Part shown: piece by piece, positions 49,299-57,330 of the stretch
Position numbering within the stretch: the stretch's first letter is position 1
Layout of the letters: every line of letters starts with the position of its first letter
From: an uncultured bacterium
Lineage (GTDB): Bacteria; Schekmanbacteria; GWA2-38-11; J061
DNA length: 57,330 bases
Reading direction: 5' to 3'
NCBI GenBank assembly: GCA_964549305.1
Contig: CAZJVM010000009.1
Span: 1 to 57,330 of the forward strand
The notes under the pieces: generated by a model
Told to the model about the DNA's origin: nothing
Database searches by the model: none
The model's input: only the letters and a program-made list of their open reading frames with translations
Position numbers and translations under genes: made by a program

Positions 49299-50381
49299 AT
49301 GAATATCAGGAAACTAAAGGTGCGGCTTCAATCATACGGTGTCAGTGTCGGCGAAGATATATCAGCGGGACGGTTAAGCGGCGCCGGTCCCGCGGGAAGC
49401 GTTACATTCCTGATTGGGGATACGCAAATTAACGCCCCCTTTTCCCGAAACACGGGAGTAAAAAGCCCCTATAAAATAATGCGGGAAAACGGCGGTTTCT
49501 CGCTATTCGATGAAAACCGTCGTATCACTGATATAATTTTTCCCTCTCCTCCGTCATTTTACGCCGGGGTTACCGGCAATAACATACCTTTTGGCAAAAT
49601 TGCCCTTCTTCACGGCAGGGACTGCCTTGCAACCACCGTAATTCAAAAGTGCGATTTCTGGAAGAACGGAAAGAAATGTAAATTCTGCGCGATAGAATTA
49701 TCACTGAAGAACGGGAACACCGTCATAAAAAAATCACCGGAAGAATTAGCAGAAATCGCGGAAATCGCCGCCAAAAAAGACGGAGTAAAACATATAACGC
49801 TCACTTCGGGAACATTTGAAGACTTCAAGTCGCTCTGTTCATACCTCGAAAAATGCGTAATCGCCATAAAAAGAAAATCTTCCCTTCCCATACACCTTCA
49901 GGTATATCCTTGCAGAGATTATGAAGAATCCCTGAATAAACTCAAAGTCGCCGGAGTGGACACATTGGGAATTCACATTGAAAGTTTTGACGAAAAAATA
50001 AGGTCGGAATATACTCCCGGAAAATCCCTTCACACCTTGGAGGAAATTAAATTGATGCTCAGGTCTGCTGTGGATATTTTCGGAAAAAATCAGGTTACAT
50101 CCTTTATTATATCGGGTTTGGGAGAAAGTCCGGAGTCAATTGTCAGGGGATGTGAAATGCTTGCTGAAATCGGAGTTTTCCCGTTCATCGTCCCTCATCA
50201 TCCCATTGAAGGCACGGAAACATACAGTCTCGGTACTCCCGACGCGGAGTATCAGGAAAGAATTTACGTGGAAGTTTCAAAAATACTCAAAAAATACGGA
50301 CTCTCATCTGCGAAAGTAAAAGCCGGTTGCGTCCGTTGCTCCGCCTGTTCGGCGATAAAGGAATTTGAGGAAGGTCAATGA
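49299..50381 (+). CDS. MSMEG_0568 / NitD-family radical SAM protein
   Basis: LQS.G, GAGP, KIALLHG.D.LATTV.Q.CDFWKNGKKCKFCAIE.SL, T...K.PE.LAE, LGIHIE, FG.NQV, GLGE, AGCVRCSACS. Confidence 0.85.
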   Translation: MNIRKLKVRLQSYGVSVGEDISAGRLSGAGPAGSVTFLIGDTQINAPFSRNTGVKSPYKIMRENGGFSLFDENRRITDIIFPSPPSFYAGVTGNNIPFGKIALLHGRDCLATTVIQKCDFWKNGKKCKFCAIELSLKNGNTVIKKSPEELAEIAEIAAKKDGVKHITLTSGTFEDFKSLCSYLEKCVIAIKRKSSLPIHLQVYPCRDYEESLNKLKVAGVDTLGIHIESFDEKIRSEYTPGKSLHTLEEIKLMLRSAVDIFGKNQVTSFIISGLGESPESIVRGCEMLAEIGVFPFIVPHHPIEGTETYSLGTPDAEYQERIYVEVSKILKKYGLSSAKVKAGCVRCSACSAIKEFEEGQ

Positions 50382-51076
50382 AAAACCAGATTTTGATAAT
50401 CGAAGACGACTCCAAGCTCGTCAGAAACCTGAAGGAATATTTATCAGGTGACGAATTTTCCGTCTCCCATGCCCCTGACGGCAGAAAAGGAATTGAAGCT
50501 TTCACGCAGTCATCTCCCGACATCATTCTTCTCGACCTTATGCTTCCGGAAGTTGACGGCCTGGAAGTGTGCCGCGAAATCAGAAAAACAAGTATGGTCC
50601 CCATCATTATGATTACCGCTAAAGGCGAAGAAACGGATGTGGTAGTAGGGCTTGAAATCGGAGCAGACGACTACCTTGCAAAACCCTTTAGCATGAGAGA
50701 GCTTTTCGCGCGCATAAAAGCGGCGTTGCGCCGTTCGAAGGAAATGAACGAACGACCTCTCAAATCAGACATAATGAAATATTCTTCCTTCACCGTGAAT
50801 ATACCAAAGCGAAAAGTCGAAAAAGGCGGAAAAATGCTTGACCTTACCGTTACGGAATTCAACCTTCTCAACCTCTTCATAACGAATCCCGGAAAAGTCT
50901 ATACGAGAAACACGCTTATTGATTTTGTCCGTGGAAAAGATATTACACCATTTGACCGCTCAATAGATTCCCATGTCAGCCATCTTAGGCAGAAAATCGA
51001 AGATGACCCCAAACACCCCAAATACATAAAAACGGTGTGGGGCGTCGGATATAAATTCGATCCTGACGATGTTTAA
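50378..51076 (+). CDS. OmpR/PhoB family response regulator
   Basis: IEDD, LDLMLP..DG, TAK, GADDY.AKPF, DRSID.H.S.LR.KIE, TVWGVGY. Confidence 0.95.
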   Translation: MKNQILIIEDDSKLVRNLKEYLSGDEFSVSHAPDGRKGIEAFTQSSPDIILLDLMLPEVDGLEVCREIRKTSMVPIIMITAKGEETDVVVGLEIGADDYLAKPFSMRELFARIKAALRRSKEMNERPLKSDIMKYSSFTVNIPKRKVEKGGKMLDLTVTEFNLLNLFITNPGKVYTRNTLIDFVRGKDITPFDRSIDSHVSHLRQKIEDDPKHPKYIKTVWGVGYKFDPDDV

Positions 51077-52484
51077 AATTAAAAGCATTTACAGCAAAAT
51101 AGTCCTTACGATATTTGCCTTTATAATAACCATATCAGTTGTCGTTTTCGCTTTCTCCGCGTTTATCAGAATAGTAATCGACGAGCCTTCCATTTACAGC
51201 AGGGAAATAACGAGAGAAATAAAATTGATGGGAAAACTGGTAGAAGATAAACTTCCCGATGCCCTCGATAATTCCGCGGATATGATAATCCTCAGAAACC
51301 TCCTTGAAGATTTTTCCCGGAAAACCGCCTCAGATTTAAGAATTGTAAAAATGTCAGATATGAAACCGGTGCTTTCTGTTTATTTCGACGAAGCATCGCA
51401 CAGTTCATTTACCAACGACAACCTGGAGCATATAATTTCCACTGTGCGAAAAGATGACGTTTCAAGGGATTATATATCTGAAGGAGGCGGTGAAATGCTT
51501 CTAAACGTAGTAATGACAAACAAAAACAAGGAAGAATACCTTCTGCAAAGCAAACATAAAATGTACTACCCTCAGGAAAGAAGAATTTTTTTGTGGACAA
51601 TTCTTTTTCTCTGCATACTCGTCATAGCCCTTGCGGCATTTCCTATATCGAGAAACATTACAAACCCCATCAACAAGCTCATAGATGCGTCCCAAAAACT
51701 CTCGAGCGGAAAATTCGGGTACGCTGTCGACATAAAATCGGGCGATGAAATAGGACGCCTTGCGGAAAATTTTAACGCAATGTCCGAAAGAATCCATCAG
51801 CTTCACGAAAACCGCAAAAACCTCCTTGCCGACATATCGCACGAACTTCGCACTCCTTTGACGAGAATCCAGACAGACGCGGAAATCATCATAGACAAAA
51901 ACCTCGATAAGGAGAAAGCAACGGAATATCTCACGGATATTTCCGAAGAAGTCAAATGTATGAATAATCTGATTCAGGGTCTCTTTGACCTTTCGAAAAT
52001 AGATCTCGGTTTCGAAACACTTGATATTCACGAAGCAAACCTCGGAAATATAGTGGGAGAAATATGCCAGCAGTTTGAGGCAAGCCTTAAATACAAAAAT
52101 ATCGAACTCGAGATTTCCGACAATCTCACGGCACAAAACATAAAAGCCGACGTGCCGAAAATAAAACAGGTGCTTGCAAACCTCATATCAAATTCCCTGA
52201 AGCATACGGATGAAGGCGGAAAAATTTCAATTAACGGCGAGAGAAGAAACGCTGATATTTTAATAAGCGTTAAAGACAACGGCAAAGGGATTCCCGAAGA
52301 TGAACTGCCGAAGATTTTCAACCGTTTTTACAGAGTGGACAAATCGCGTGCAAGAGACTCAGGAGGAAGCGGACTGGGTCTTGCAATCAGCAAAAAAATA
52401 GTAAGCTTCCACGGAGGTGAAATAAAAGCCGAAAGCAGACCCGGCGAAGGTACTACGATTTCCTTTACACTGCCGGTTGACTGA
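51069..52484 (+). CDS. HAMP-domain sensor histidine kinase
   Basis: Two TMs, HAMP DEIGRLA..FN.M, H-box SHELRTPL, N-box, DNGKGI, FYRVD, GGSGLGL. Confidence 0.95.
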   Translation: MFKIKSIYSKIVLTIFAFIITISVVVFAFSAFIRIVIDEPSIYSREITREIKLMGKLVEDKLPDALDNSADMIILRNLLEDFSRKTASDLRIVKMSDMKPVLSVYFDEASHSSFTNDNLEHIISTVRKDDVSRDYISEGGGEMLLNVVMTNKNKEEYLLQSKHKMYYPQERRIFLWTILFLCILVIALAAFPISRNITNPINKLIDASQKLSSGKFGYAVDIKSGDEIGRLAENFNAMSERIHQLHENRKNLLADISHELRTPLTRIQTDAEIIIDKNLDKEKATEYLTDISEEVKCMNNLIQGLFDLSKIDLGFETLDIHEANLGNIVGEICQQFEASLKYKNIELEISDNLTAQNIKADVPKIKQVLANLISNSLKHTDEGGKISINGERRNADILISVKDNGKGIPEDELPKIFNRFYRVDKSRARDSGGSGLGLAISKKIVSFHGGEIKAESRPGEGTTISFTLPVD

Positions 52485-52600
52485 GGATTGCCGTGAAAAG
52501 AGGCGCCTACACACAATTTACATTTTTCACATGCGCTTTTAAAAAAGATGTTTTATATAAAGAGCATATGTTTCAATCCTTTTAACGGGGGAGGATTAAT

Positions 52601-52966
52601 ATGAAAAGGAAATCAGCATTTCTGCTTGTTGTATTCTCGGTTATTGTTTCTCTTCTGATTGTTTCCTGTGTACCTGTAAGAGTGCTTAACCGCAACTTTG
52701 ACTCCACTTATGTCTATCTTAAATATTCGCCTGAAGATGCGTACAAAGGCATTAAAAAAGGCGAAATCAAAGGGACTATCACGGTGGATGGCGCGTATCT
52801 GCCGCCGAGATATTCTCACAGTGACGACGGAAAACTCTCCAGGTTTGCCATCATAACTCACGGCAAACACAAACTAACAATACACGCCGACGGATACAAA
52901 ACCTGGAAAAAGGTTATTTTCTTTTCAGGAAGATATCTCAGATTGAATGTGGAGCTTGAAAAATAA
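52601..52966 (+). CDS. small lipoprotein, PEGA-like domain
   Basis: GGAGG RBS, lipobox IVSC, P.DA...VDG, G.H.L.I...GY..W...L...L.K. Confidence 0.65.
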   Translation: MKRKSAFLLVVFSVIVSLLIVSCVPVRVLNRNFDSTYVYLKYSPEDAYKGIKKGEIKGTITVDGAYLPPRYSHSDDGKLSRFAIITHGKHKLTIHADGYKTWKKVIFFSGRYLRLNVELEK

Positions 52967-52973
52967 AACCACA

Positions 52974-53327
52974 TCAGGGTCTTAACATGGTGAGAAGCAT
53001 TTTGTATTTTGACACTGCCCTTAGTGCGTGAGGTATGTTTGCGGGCATAAGCACCATTTCACCTTTTTTGGCATTGACGGGTTTTCCGCCTATGGTGATT
53101 TCAACCTCGCCGTCTATCACCTGCACCACCGCGTCAAAGGGCGCGGAATGCTCGCTTAACCCCTCTCCCCTGTCAAATGAAAAAAGGGTCAATGTTCCGG
53201 CTTTATTATCAATCAGGGTTTTGCTAACAACTGCGCCATCGGCATAAGCTATAAATCCGTCAATATCCACTGCAACGGATTCGGGAAGAAGCGATTTTTC
53301 GAATTTCTCTCCATTATCTTTTTTCAT
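52974..53327 (-). CDS. cupin domain protein
   Basis: TLF.FD.GE.LSEHSAP.DA, MPANIPHAL.A. Confidence 0.88.
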   Translation of the reverse strand: MKKDNGEKFEKSLLPESVAVDIDGFIAYADGAVVSKTLIDNKAGTLTLFSFDRGEGLSEHSAPFDAVVQVIDGEVEITIGGKPVNAKKGEMVLMPANIPHALRAVSKYKMLLTMLRP

Positions 53328-53372
53328 AACAAACTCCTCTCATATTTATTATACAATAATTTGGCGCGTGAA

Positions 53373-53816
53373 TTAATCACTCTTCTCATTTCCGGTCCCG
53401 GAATTTTCCATCATTTCGCCGCCTTTTTCTACAAAGAGAATTTTTATTTCCGGCCTGAATATGTATTGAAAAATAAGAAAATAAATTACAAGGTCAACGA
53501 GAATCAGTAATCCGTCATCGCTCAAATTAAATTTTTTTAAGGCAAAGACTTCATATTCGGCAATGTAGTAGGCAACGGAAAAGAAGAAATCCAATATCAC
53601 GAGGCGATATGTCCACTCCTTGAAATTGATAAGCCCGTACCCGATAAATACCCCGAACAATGAGAGAAAGAGAGAAATAACGGGGTAACGGAAAAGAAGA
53701 GTGTTCACATCCATACCAGGTTCATAGGGTGACAAATAAAAGCCAAAGGCGATAAAGGAATTATAAAAATAAAATGCGGCAATGAATGACAGCCAGAAAG
53801 GTCTTTTTTTTCTCAT
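53373..53816 (-). CDS. four-TM hypothetical membrane protein
   Basis: Start MRKKRP overlaps the comF stop (ATGA); four hydrophobic segments. Confidence 0.65.
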   Translation of the reverse strand: MRKKRPFWLSFIAAFYFYNSFIAFGFYLSPYEPGMDVNTLLFRYPVISLFLSLFGVFIGYGLINFKEWTYRLVILDFFFSVAYYIAEYEVFALKKFNLSDDGLLILVDLVIYFLIFQYIFRPEIKILFVEKGGEMMENSGTGNEKSD

Positions 53817-54514
53817 AAATGCCTTCTTGAAATAGTGAAGAGACCCACTTCCGCGGCGCCCGCGCTTTTGAGCAGTCCGGCGCATTCCGTTGCCGTTGCG
53901 CCTGTAGTGATAACATCATCCACGAGAATAATTCTTTTATTTCTTATATCTTTCCGCAAATTCTTTCGCAGCGCAAAAGCTCCCTTTACATTCTCTTTTC
54001 TCTCATTTCTTCCCAGCCCGACCTGTTGTTTCGTATATTTCAGGCGTCTCAAAAAAGGAACTGTTTTTTTGCCGGCGTAGATTGAAATCATTCCGGCGAT
54101 TATCGATGCCTGGTTGTAACCTCTTCGCCATTCACGGAAAGGATGCAAAGGAACGAAGGTTACATAGTCGAAATCAAATGCGAGAATTTCCTCCCCTCTC
54201 CTTTGGAGATATTCGTCCACAATTTCCCTGCCAAGCCTTATCCTGCCCCTGTATTTAAAATTATGTACGGCGCTTTTGAGGATTCCTTCGTGAATGCCAA
54301 GAGAAAAAGACTGTGAAAAACCGCGCGGGGATTTTCTTTGCGCCTCTGTTGCCACCGGCGATTCCATACCAATCGATTTGATACAGTCTTTGCAAATATA
54401 TTTCCTTCCCTTGCCAAAAAGAGGTTTCAGGCAATTGAAACAACAGGGAGGAAAAAAAATATCTTCCAACCCCATAAGCAGATTTCTTATGCGGTATTTG
54501 AAGTTATTGTACAT
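53813..54514 (-). CDS. comF: ComF family phosphoribosyltransferase-like competence protein
   Basis: FPP.C..C...C..C zinc ribbon, FKY.G, VPLH, RGYNQ, QVGL...R..NV.GAF, LVDDVITTGAT. Confidence 0.92.
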   Translation of the reverse strand: MYNNFKYRIRNLLMGLEDIFFPPCCFNCLKPLFGKGRKYICKDCIKSIGMESPVATEAQRKSPRGFSQSFSLGIHEGILKSAVHNFKYRGRIRLGREIVDEYLQRRGEEILAFDFDYVTFVPLHPFREWRRGYNQASIIAGMISIYAGKKTVPFLRRLKYTKQQVGLGRNERKENVKGAFALRKNLRKDIRNKRIILVDDVITTGATATECAGLLKSAGAAEVGLFTISRRHL

Positions 54515-54720
54515 ATGTGTTTTTCAATTTTAAATTTCACTCAAAAAATATATTATTATTATCAACAAATGACATAAATTGACAAACAGAAGGACAATAA
54601 ATCTACAGTAAAATTAGCACTTTAAATTTCCGTAAAAAATCAATAGAGATAGGGTATATGTTAATTTCTTCACACATTATTTACACTTATCCATTGGACA
54701 AAAACGGTTTTTTTTGATAG

Positions 54721-54743
54721 TGAACATACTAAATATTTGTTCA
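54721..54743. promoter_or_regulatory. palindromic operator candidate
   Basis: TGAACA-N11-TGTTCA, 12 nt upstream of the AGGAGG RBS of the 54769 gene. Confidence 0.4.
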
Positions 54744-54768
54744 GAACTCTATACAGGAGGTTCCTTTT

Positions 54769-55656
54769 ATGGAATGGGAAAAGTCAGCAGTAGAGTATTT
54801 CGATAACAATGTTGTCGCGGGACCCCCTCAGATTGAACTTCGCAAAATATATACAGAAAAGATTGCCCGCCAGAGAAAAAAGGATAAAGTCACTCAGGAA
54901 GATGTTGAAAAATGTATAAAGGACTATGATGAATTCTTCGGAGAAGCTTTTACGCAAAGATTGTGCGACTGCATGGCAAAGGGTGAAATGCCGGAAGTGC
55001 CTCCCACGCAGAAGGAAGACACTCCATGCCTTTATCAGGTTGAAACCTGTCATTCAAAATACTTCGGATGCCCTTCGCAGATAATAGATGTAAAAGAGCT
55101 TGTTTATCCCGTTATCGATAAAATGGAAGAATCGAAAATCACGGAAATACTCGCTGACAAGGCACACGGTCCTCTTCTTTCCCACAACAAGCTCACAGTT
55201 TCCATTTCAAGTTGCGCGAATGTGTGCACAGGCGGTGAATCAAAAGACATCGGCATATGGGGAGTCGAAAAACCCAAAGTCAACGATGATATAGAATGTA
55301 TCGACTGCAAGAAATGTATGCACGTCTGCTGGGATGCCGCGGTAGCTTTTGAAAACGCGAAAAAACCCTCTATAAACGAAGTCCTTTGCAAACTCTGCGG
55401 CGCCTGTATAAAGGCATGCCCAACAGGCACGATTTCATCGGAAAAGAAAGGTTACCGCATTTTCGTGGGGGGCACATTCGGAAGAATGCATACCGTAGGC
55501 AAAGAGATATTCAGAATGGGTGAAAAGGAAGATGTCTTCAAAACACTCGATGCCGTAATAGAGATGATAAGGGAAAATCAGGAAAATGAGCACTTTCTTG
55601 CCCATGTGCTTCAAAAATCAGGCATAGAGTACATAACAAGCAGAGTTTTTAAATAA
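54769..55656 (+). CDS. sulfite-reductase-like Fe-S protein (PCP_red-like N-terminus, Cx6C/Cx3C site, 2x[4Fe-4S] ferredoxin insert)
   Basis: MEW...A...E..AR....VT.EDV; CHSKYFGC; ISSCANVC; DIG; CIDCKKCMHVC; CKLCGACIKACP; GYRIFVGG..GR; AGGAGG RBS. Confidence 0.8.
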   Translation: MEWEKSAVEYFDNNVVAGPPQIELRKIYTEKIARQRKKDKVTQEDVEKCIKDYDEFFGEAFTQRLCDCMAKGEMPEVPPTQKEDTPCLYQVETCHSKYFGCPSQIIDVKELVYPVIDKMEESKITEILADKAHGPLLSHNKLTVSISSCANVCTGGESKDIGIWGVEKPKVNDDIECIDCKKCMHVCWDAAVAFENAKKPSINEVLCKLCGACIKACPTGTISSEKKGYRIFVGGTFGRMHTVGKEIFRMGEKEDVFKTLDAVIEMIRENQENEHFLAHVLQKSGIEYITSRVFK

Positions 55657-55698
55657 TCAGTTAGAACCTAAACGGAAGAAATCACGACGGAGGACAAG

Positions 55699-56403
55699 AT
55701 GAAAGACATTCCATATTTCGAAGAGATTATTAAGGGAATCAAACCAATGAATCCCCGGGAGTTGACCACATACAACGGTAACGACATCACTGAATTTCGC
55801 CGCATAGAAACCGATATGATGACGCAGGAAGTTATCTGTTATTCGGCGGAAAAAGTTGACAGAATCATAACGATGAAGTCAACGATTCTCGGCGGCAAGC
55901 TCATTGTATGGGCAACGAATATCGTTCCGTCAGATGAATACGACCTTCCCATATACTCCTCCGAGCTTGTGCAGGGAAGTCATATAAGCCTTCGCGTTGA
56001 TATGATACCTACGGCAGACTGCGGACGGGACCCTGAATATCTCAATAAATACATAGCGCCTATGGAACCTCTTTGGGAAAAATACAAGGACATAGAAGGA
56101 ATGTGCCCCGAAAGGTTTCTTTGGTTTAAGGTAATGCTTTCTCCCTTCTATACAGGCGGCAAATTCAAATATGAGCAGGAAGGCATAGAGGAAAAATGTC
56201 TTGAAATAACCAAAGACTATCTTGAGCTTTACATAAATTTCTGGAAGGAAGCGGAAAAGAAAGATCCCGAGCAGATGAAACCTCTTGTTGGAAGGAAGCA
56301 GGATATGTTCAGAACTCTGAGAGAAAAGGACCCGGGCGGAGGTCCATTGAAAAAAGCTCTTGGCGAGGAAAAAGCCGAGATTATCCTTTCGATGCTCTTT
56401 TGA
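55699..56403 (+). CDS. ferredoxin-dependent bilin reductase / red chlorophyll catabolite reductase (RCCR)-like protein
   Basis: P..EYDLPI...ELVQ....VD..P..D...DPEYL.KY, W....LSP, YL..Y, KDP....L...LGEE.A.....LF; GGAGG RBS. Confidence 0.72.
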   Translation: MKDIPYFEEIIKGIKPMNPRELTTYNGNDITEFRRIETDMMTQEVICYSAEKVDRIITMKSTILGGKLIVWATNIVPSDEYDLPIYSSELVQGSHISLRVDMIPTADCGRDPEYLNKYIAPMEPLWEKYKDIEGMCPERFLWFKVMLSPFYTGGKFKYEQEGIEEKCLEITKDYLELYINFWKEAEKKDPEQMKPLVGRKQDMFRTLREKDPGGGPLKKALGEEKAEIILSMLF

Positions 56404-56562
56404 ATAATTTCCCGAAGATTAGTTGATACAGGGTTTATTCTCTGACTCTTGTCAGGTTAGTGGAAGTGACAATGATAACGGGAGATACCTGCGTCGCGAA
56501 AGTTTGATAATTCTCAGTTCGAAAATTTTTAAACCCAAGGGATAAAAAAAGGAGAATCGGCA

Positions 56563-57321
56563 ATGCTGCTTACGGAAAAGTACCTGATTGACCTTAAAGC
56601 AATATACCTCGATGTAATAGCCAAGTATAACGGTGATGCCCCCTTTGAAAAGAAGGACTGGAAATTCCTCATTAATGAAGGAAACGCGGAAACAAACGAA
56701 AGCAGGGGAACTTTTTTTGAAAAAGCGTGCGTTTCGGCAATACGGGGCAAAGTAATATTGCCCGGAGAAAGCGAAGAGGTCACAATCCAGTGGTTGGGAG
56801 TTCAGATTTTTCCTTCAAACCCTCTTATCCCGGCATTTGTAGGGGTTTTTGAACACGTATCGGAAAAGAAAGGCGAATTTTGCCCTGCCTTCTATGACAT
56901 CTACCCCATAATACCATTTGAAGAAGACAAGAATTATCTCATGGGAATTATGAAGGATGCCGCGCAAAAGCACGGAAAGGAATACAGCGACCTTGCCGAA
57001 GCATACAAAAAAATGTTCAGGGTGCAAAATACCAAAACAGGCGTAGGATACGGAATAGGCCTTGCTCTTGGTCCCGAAGAGACTGATGCGGCATATTATG
57101 AAACCGCGGCAGAAGGAATAATGAAAGGTTATTTTGATATTGTGGAGAAAAGAAAAAATGACAAACCATCTCCCGCCCACCTTGAAGAAATGTTCAGACA
57201 AAGGTCGGAATGGGTGCGCTTTACATTTATGGAAAACCGCTTCTTCTTAGGCGGACTTCAGGTTGGCGTACCGGCGGAATGCTTTATGCTTCATATGCTT
57301 CCGCCTGTTGTGAAATTTTAG
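56563..57321 (+). CDS. divergent coproporphyrinogen III oxidase (HemF)-fold protein
   Basis: G..FEKA.V, P.NP.IP, D..P...FEED, Y..IVEKRK, R..W V.F....R....GL..G, LPP.V.F align in order with HemF; AAGGAG RBS. Confidence 0.75.
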   Translation: MLLTEKYLIDLKAIYLDVIAKYNGDAPFEKKDWKFLINEGNAETNESRGTFFEKACVSAIRGKVILPGESEEVTIQWLGVQIFPSNPLIPAFVGVFEHVSEKKGEFCPAFYDIYPIIPFEEDKNYLMGIMKDAAQKHGKEYSDLAEAYKKMFRVQNTKTGVGYGIGLALGPEETDAAYYETAAEGIMKGYFDIVEKRKNDKPSPAHLEEMFRQRSEWVRFTFMENRFFLGGLQVGVPAECFMLHMLPPVVKF

Positions 57322-57330
57322 GGTGTGAAT

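Noticed and set aside
54769-55656. dsrA/dsrB or asrC as a marker of sulfite respiration
   Set aside because: Too short, lacks the N-terminal half-domain, and has no dsr or asr neighbours.
56404-56562. Structured RNA or riboswitch in the intergenic gap (CTGAC-TCTT-GTCAG, TCCCG/CGGGA)
   Set aside because: Only short stems and no recognisable family consensus.
55699-57321. Assigning pcyA/pebA or hemF symbols, or inferring phototrophy
   Set aside because: Similarity is at fold/motif level only, key residues differ, and no heme oxygenase, other hem genes or photosynthesis genes are present in the window.
1-57330. CRISPR array, rRNA, transposase or prophage genes
   Set aside because: No regularly spaced repeats or matching proteins were seen on manual reading.

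Overview
Low-GC bacterial chromosome segment. The SecF insertion, the Dsr-like Fe-S protein and a recognisable miniature repeat suggest an anaerobe of or near the Desulfobacterota (inference only). The left part holds the 3' end of a metzincin protease gene, housekeeping genes (queA-tgt-yajC-secD-secF, efp), an Lrp regulator facing a radical SAM + PNPOx-like pair, and a methylmalonyl-CoA mutase/epimerase/manC operon. The middle holds five GT-C-like membrane glycosyltransferases, tRNA-Gln(CTG), a ~128-bp inverted-repeat element and a ~19-kb Wzx/Wzy polysaccharide cluster (beta-barrel, short Wza, Wzc, ligase/TPR, DUF362, oxidoreductase, five GT4, Wzx, Wzy). The right part holds acetolactate synthase, an orphan MSMEG_0568/NitD-type radical SAM coupled to an OmpR/kinase pair, and comF. 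The most interesting feature is at the right end (54769-57321, possibly continuing beyond the window): three co-oriented genes that all resemble tetrapyrrole-handling folds. They are a PCP_red/sulfite-reductase-like/diferredoxin protein, an RCCR/ferredoxin-dependent bilin reductase-like protein with both putative catalytic acids, and a catalytically rewired HemF-like protein. This is a candidate undescribed anaerobic tetrapyrrole-transforming system. All family calls are by-eye motif recognition; no database searches were run.
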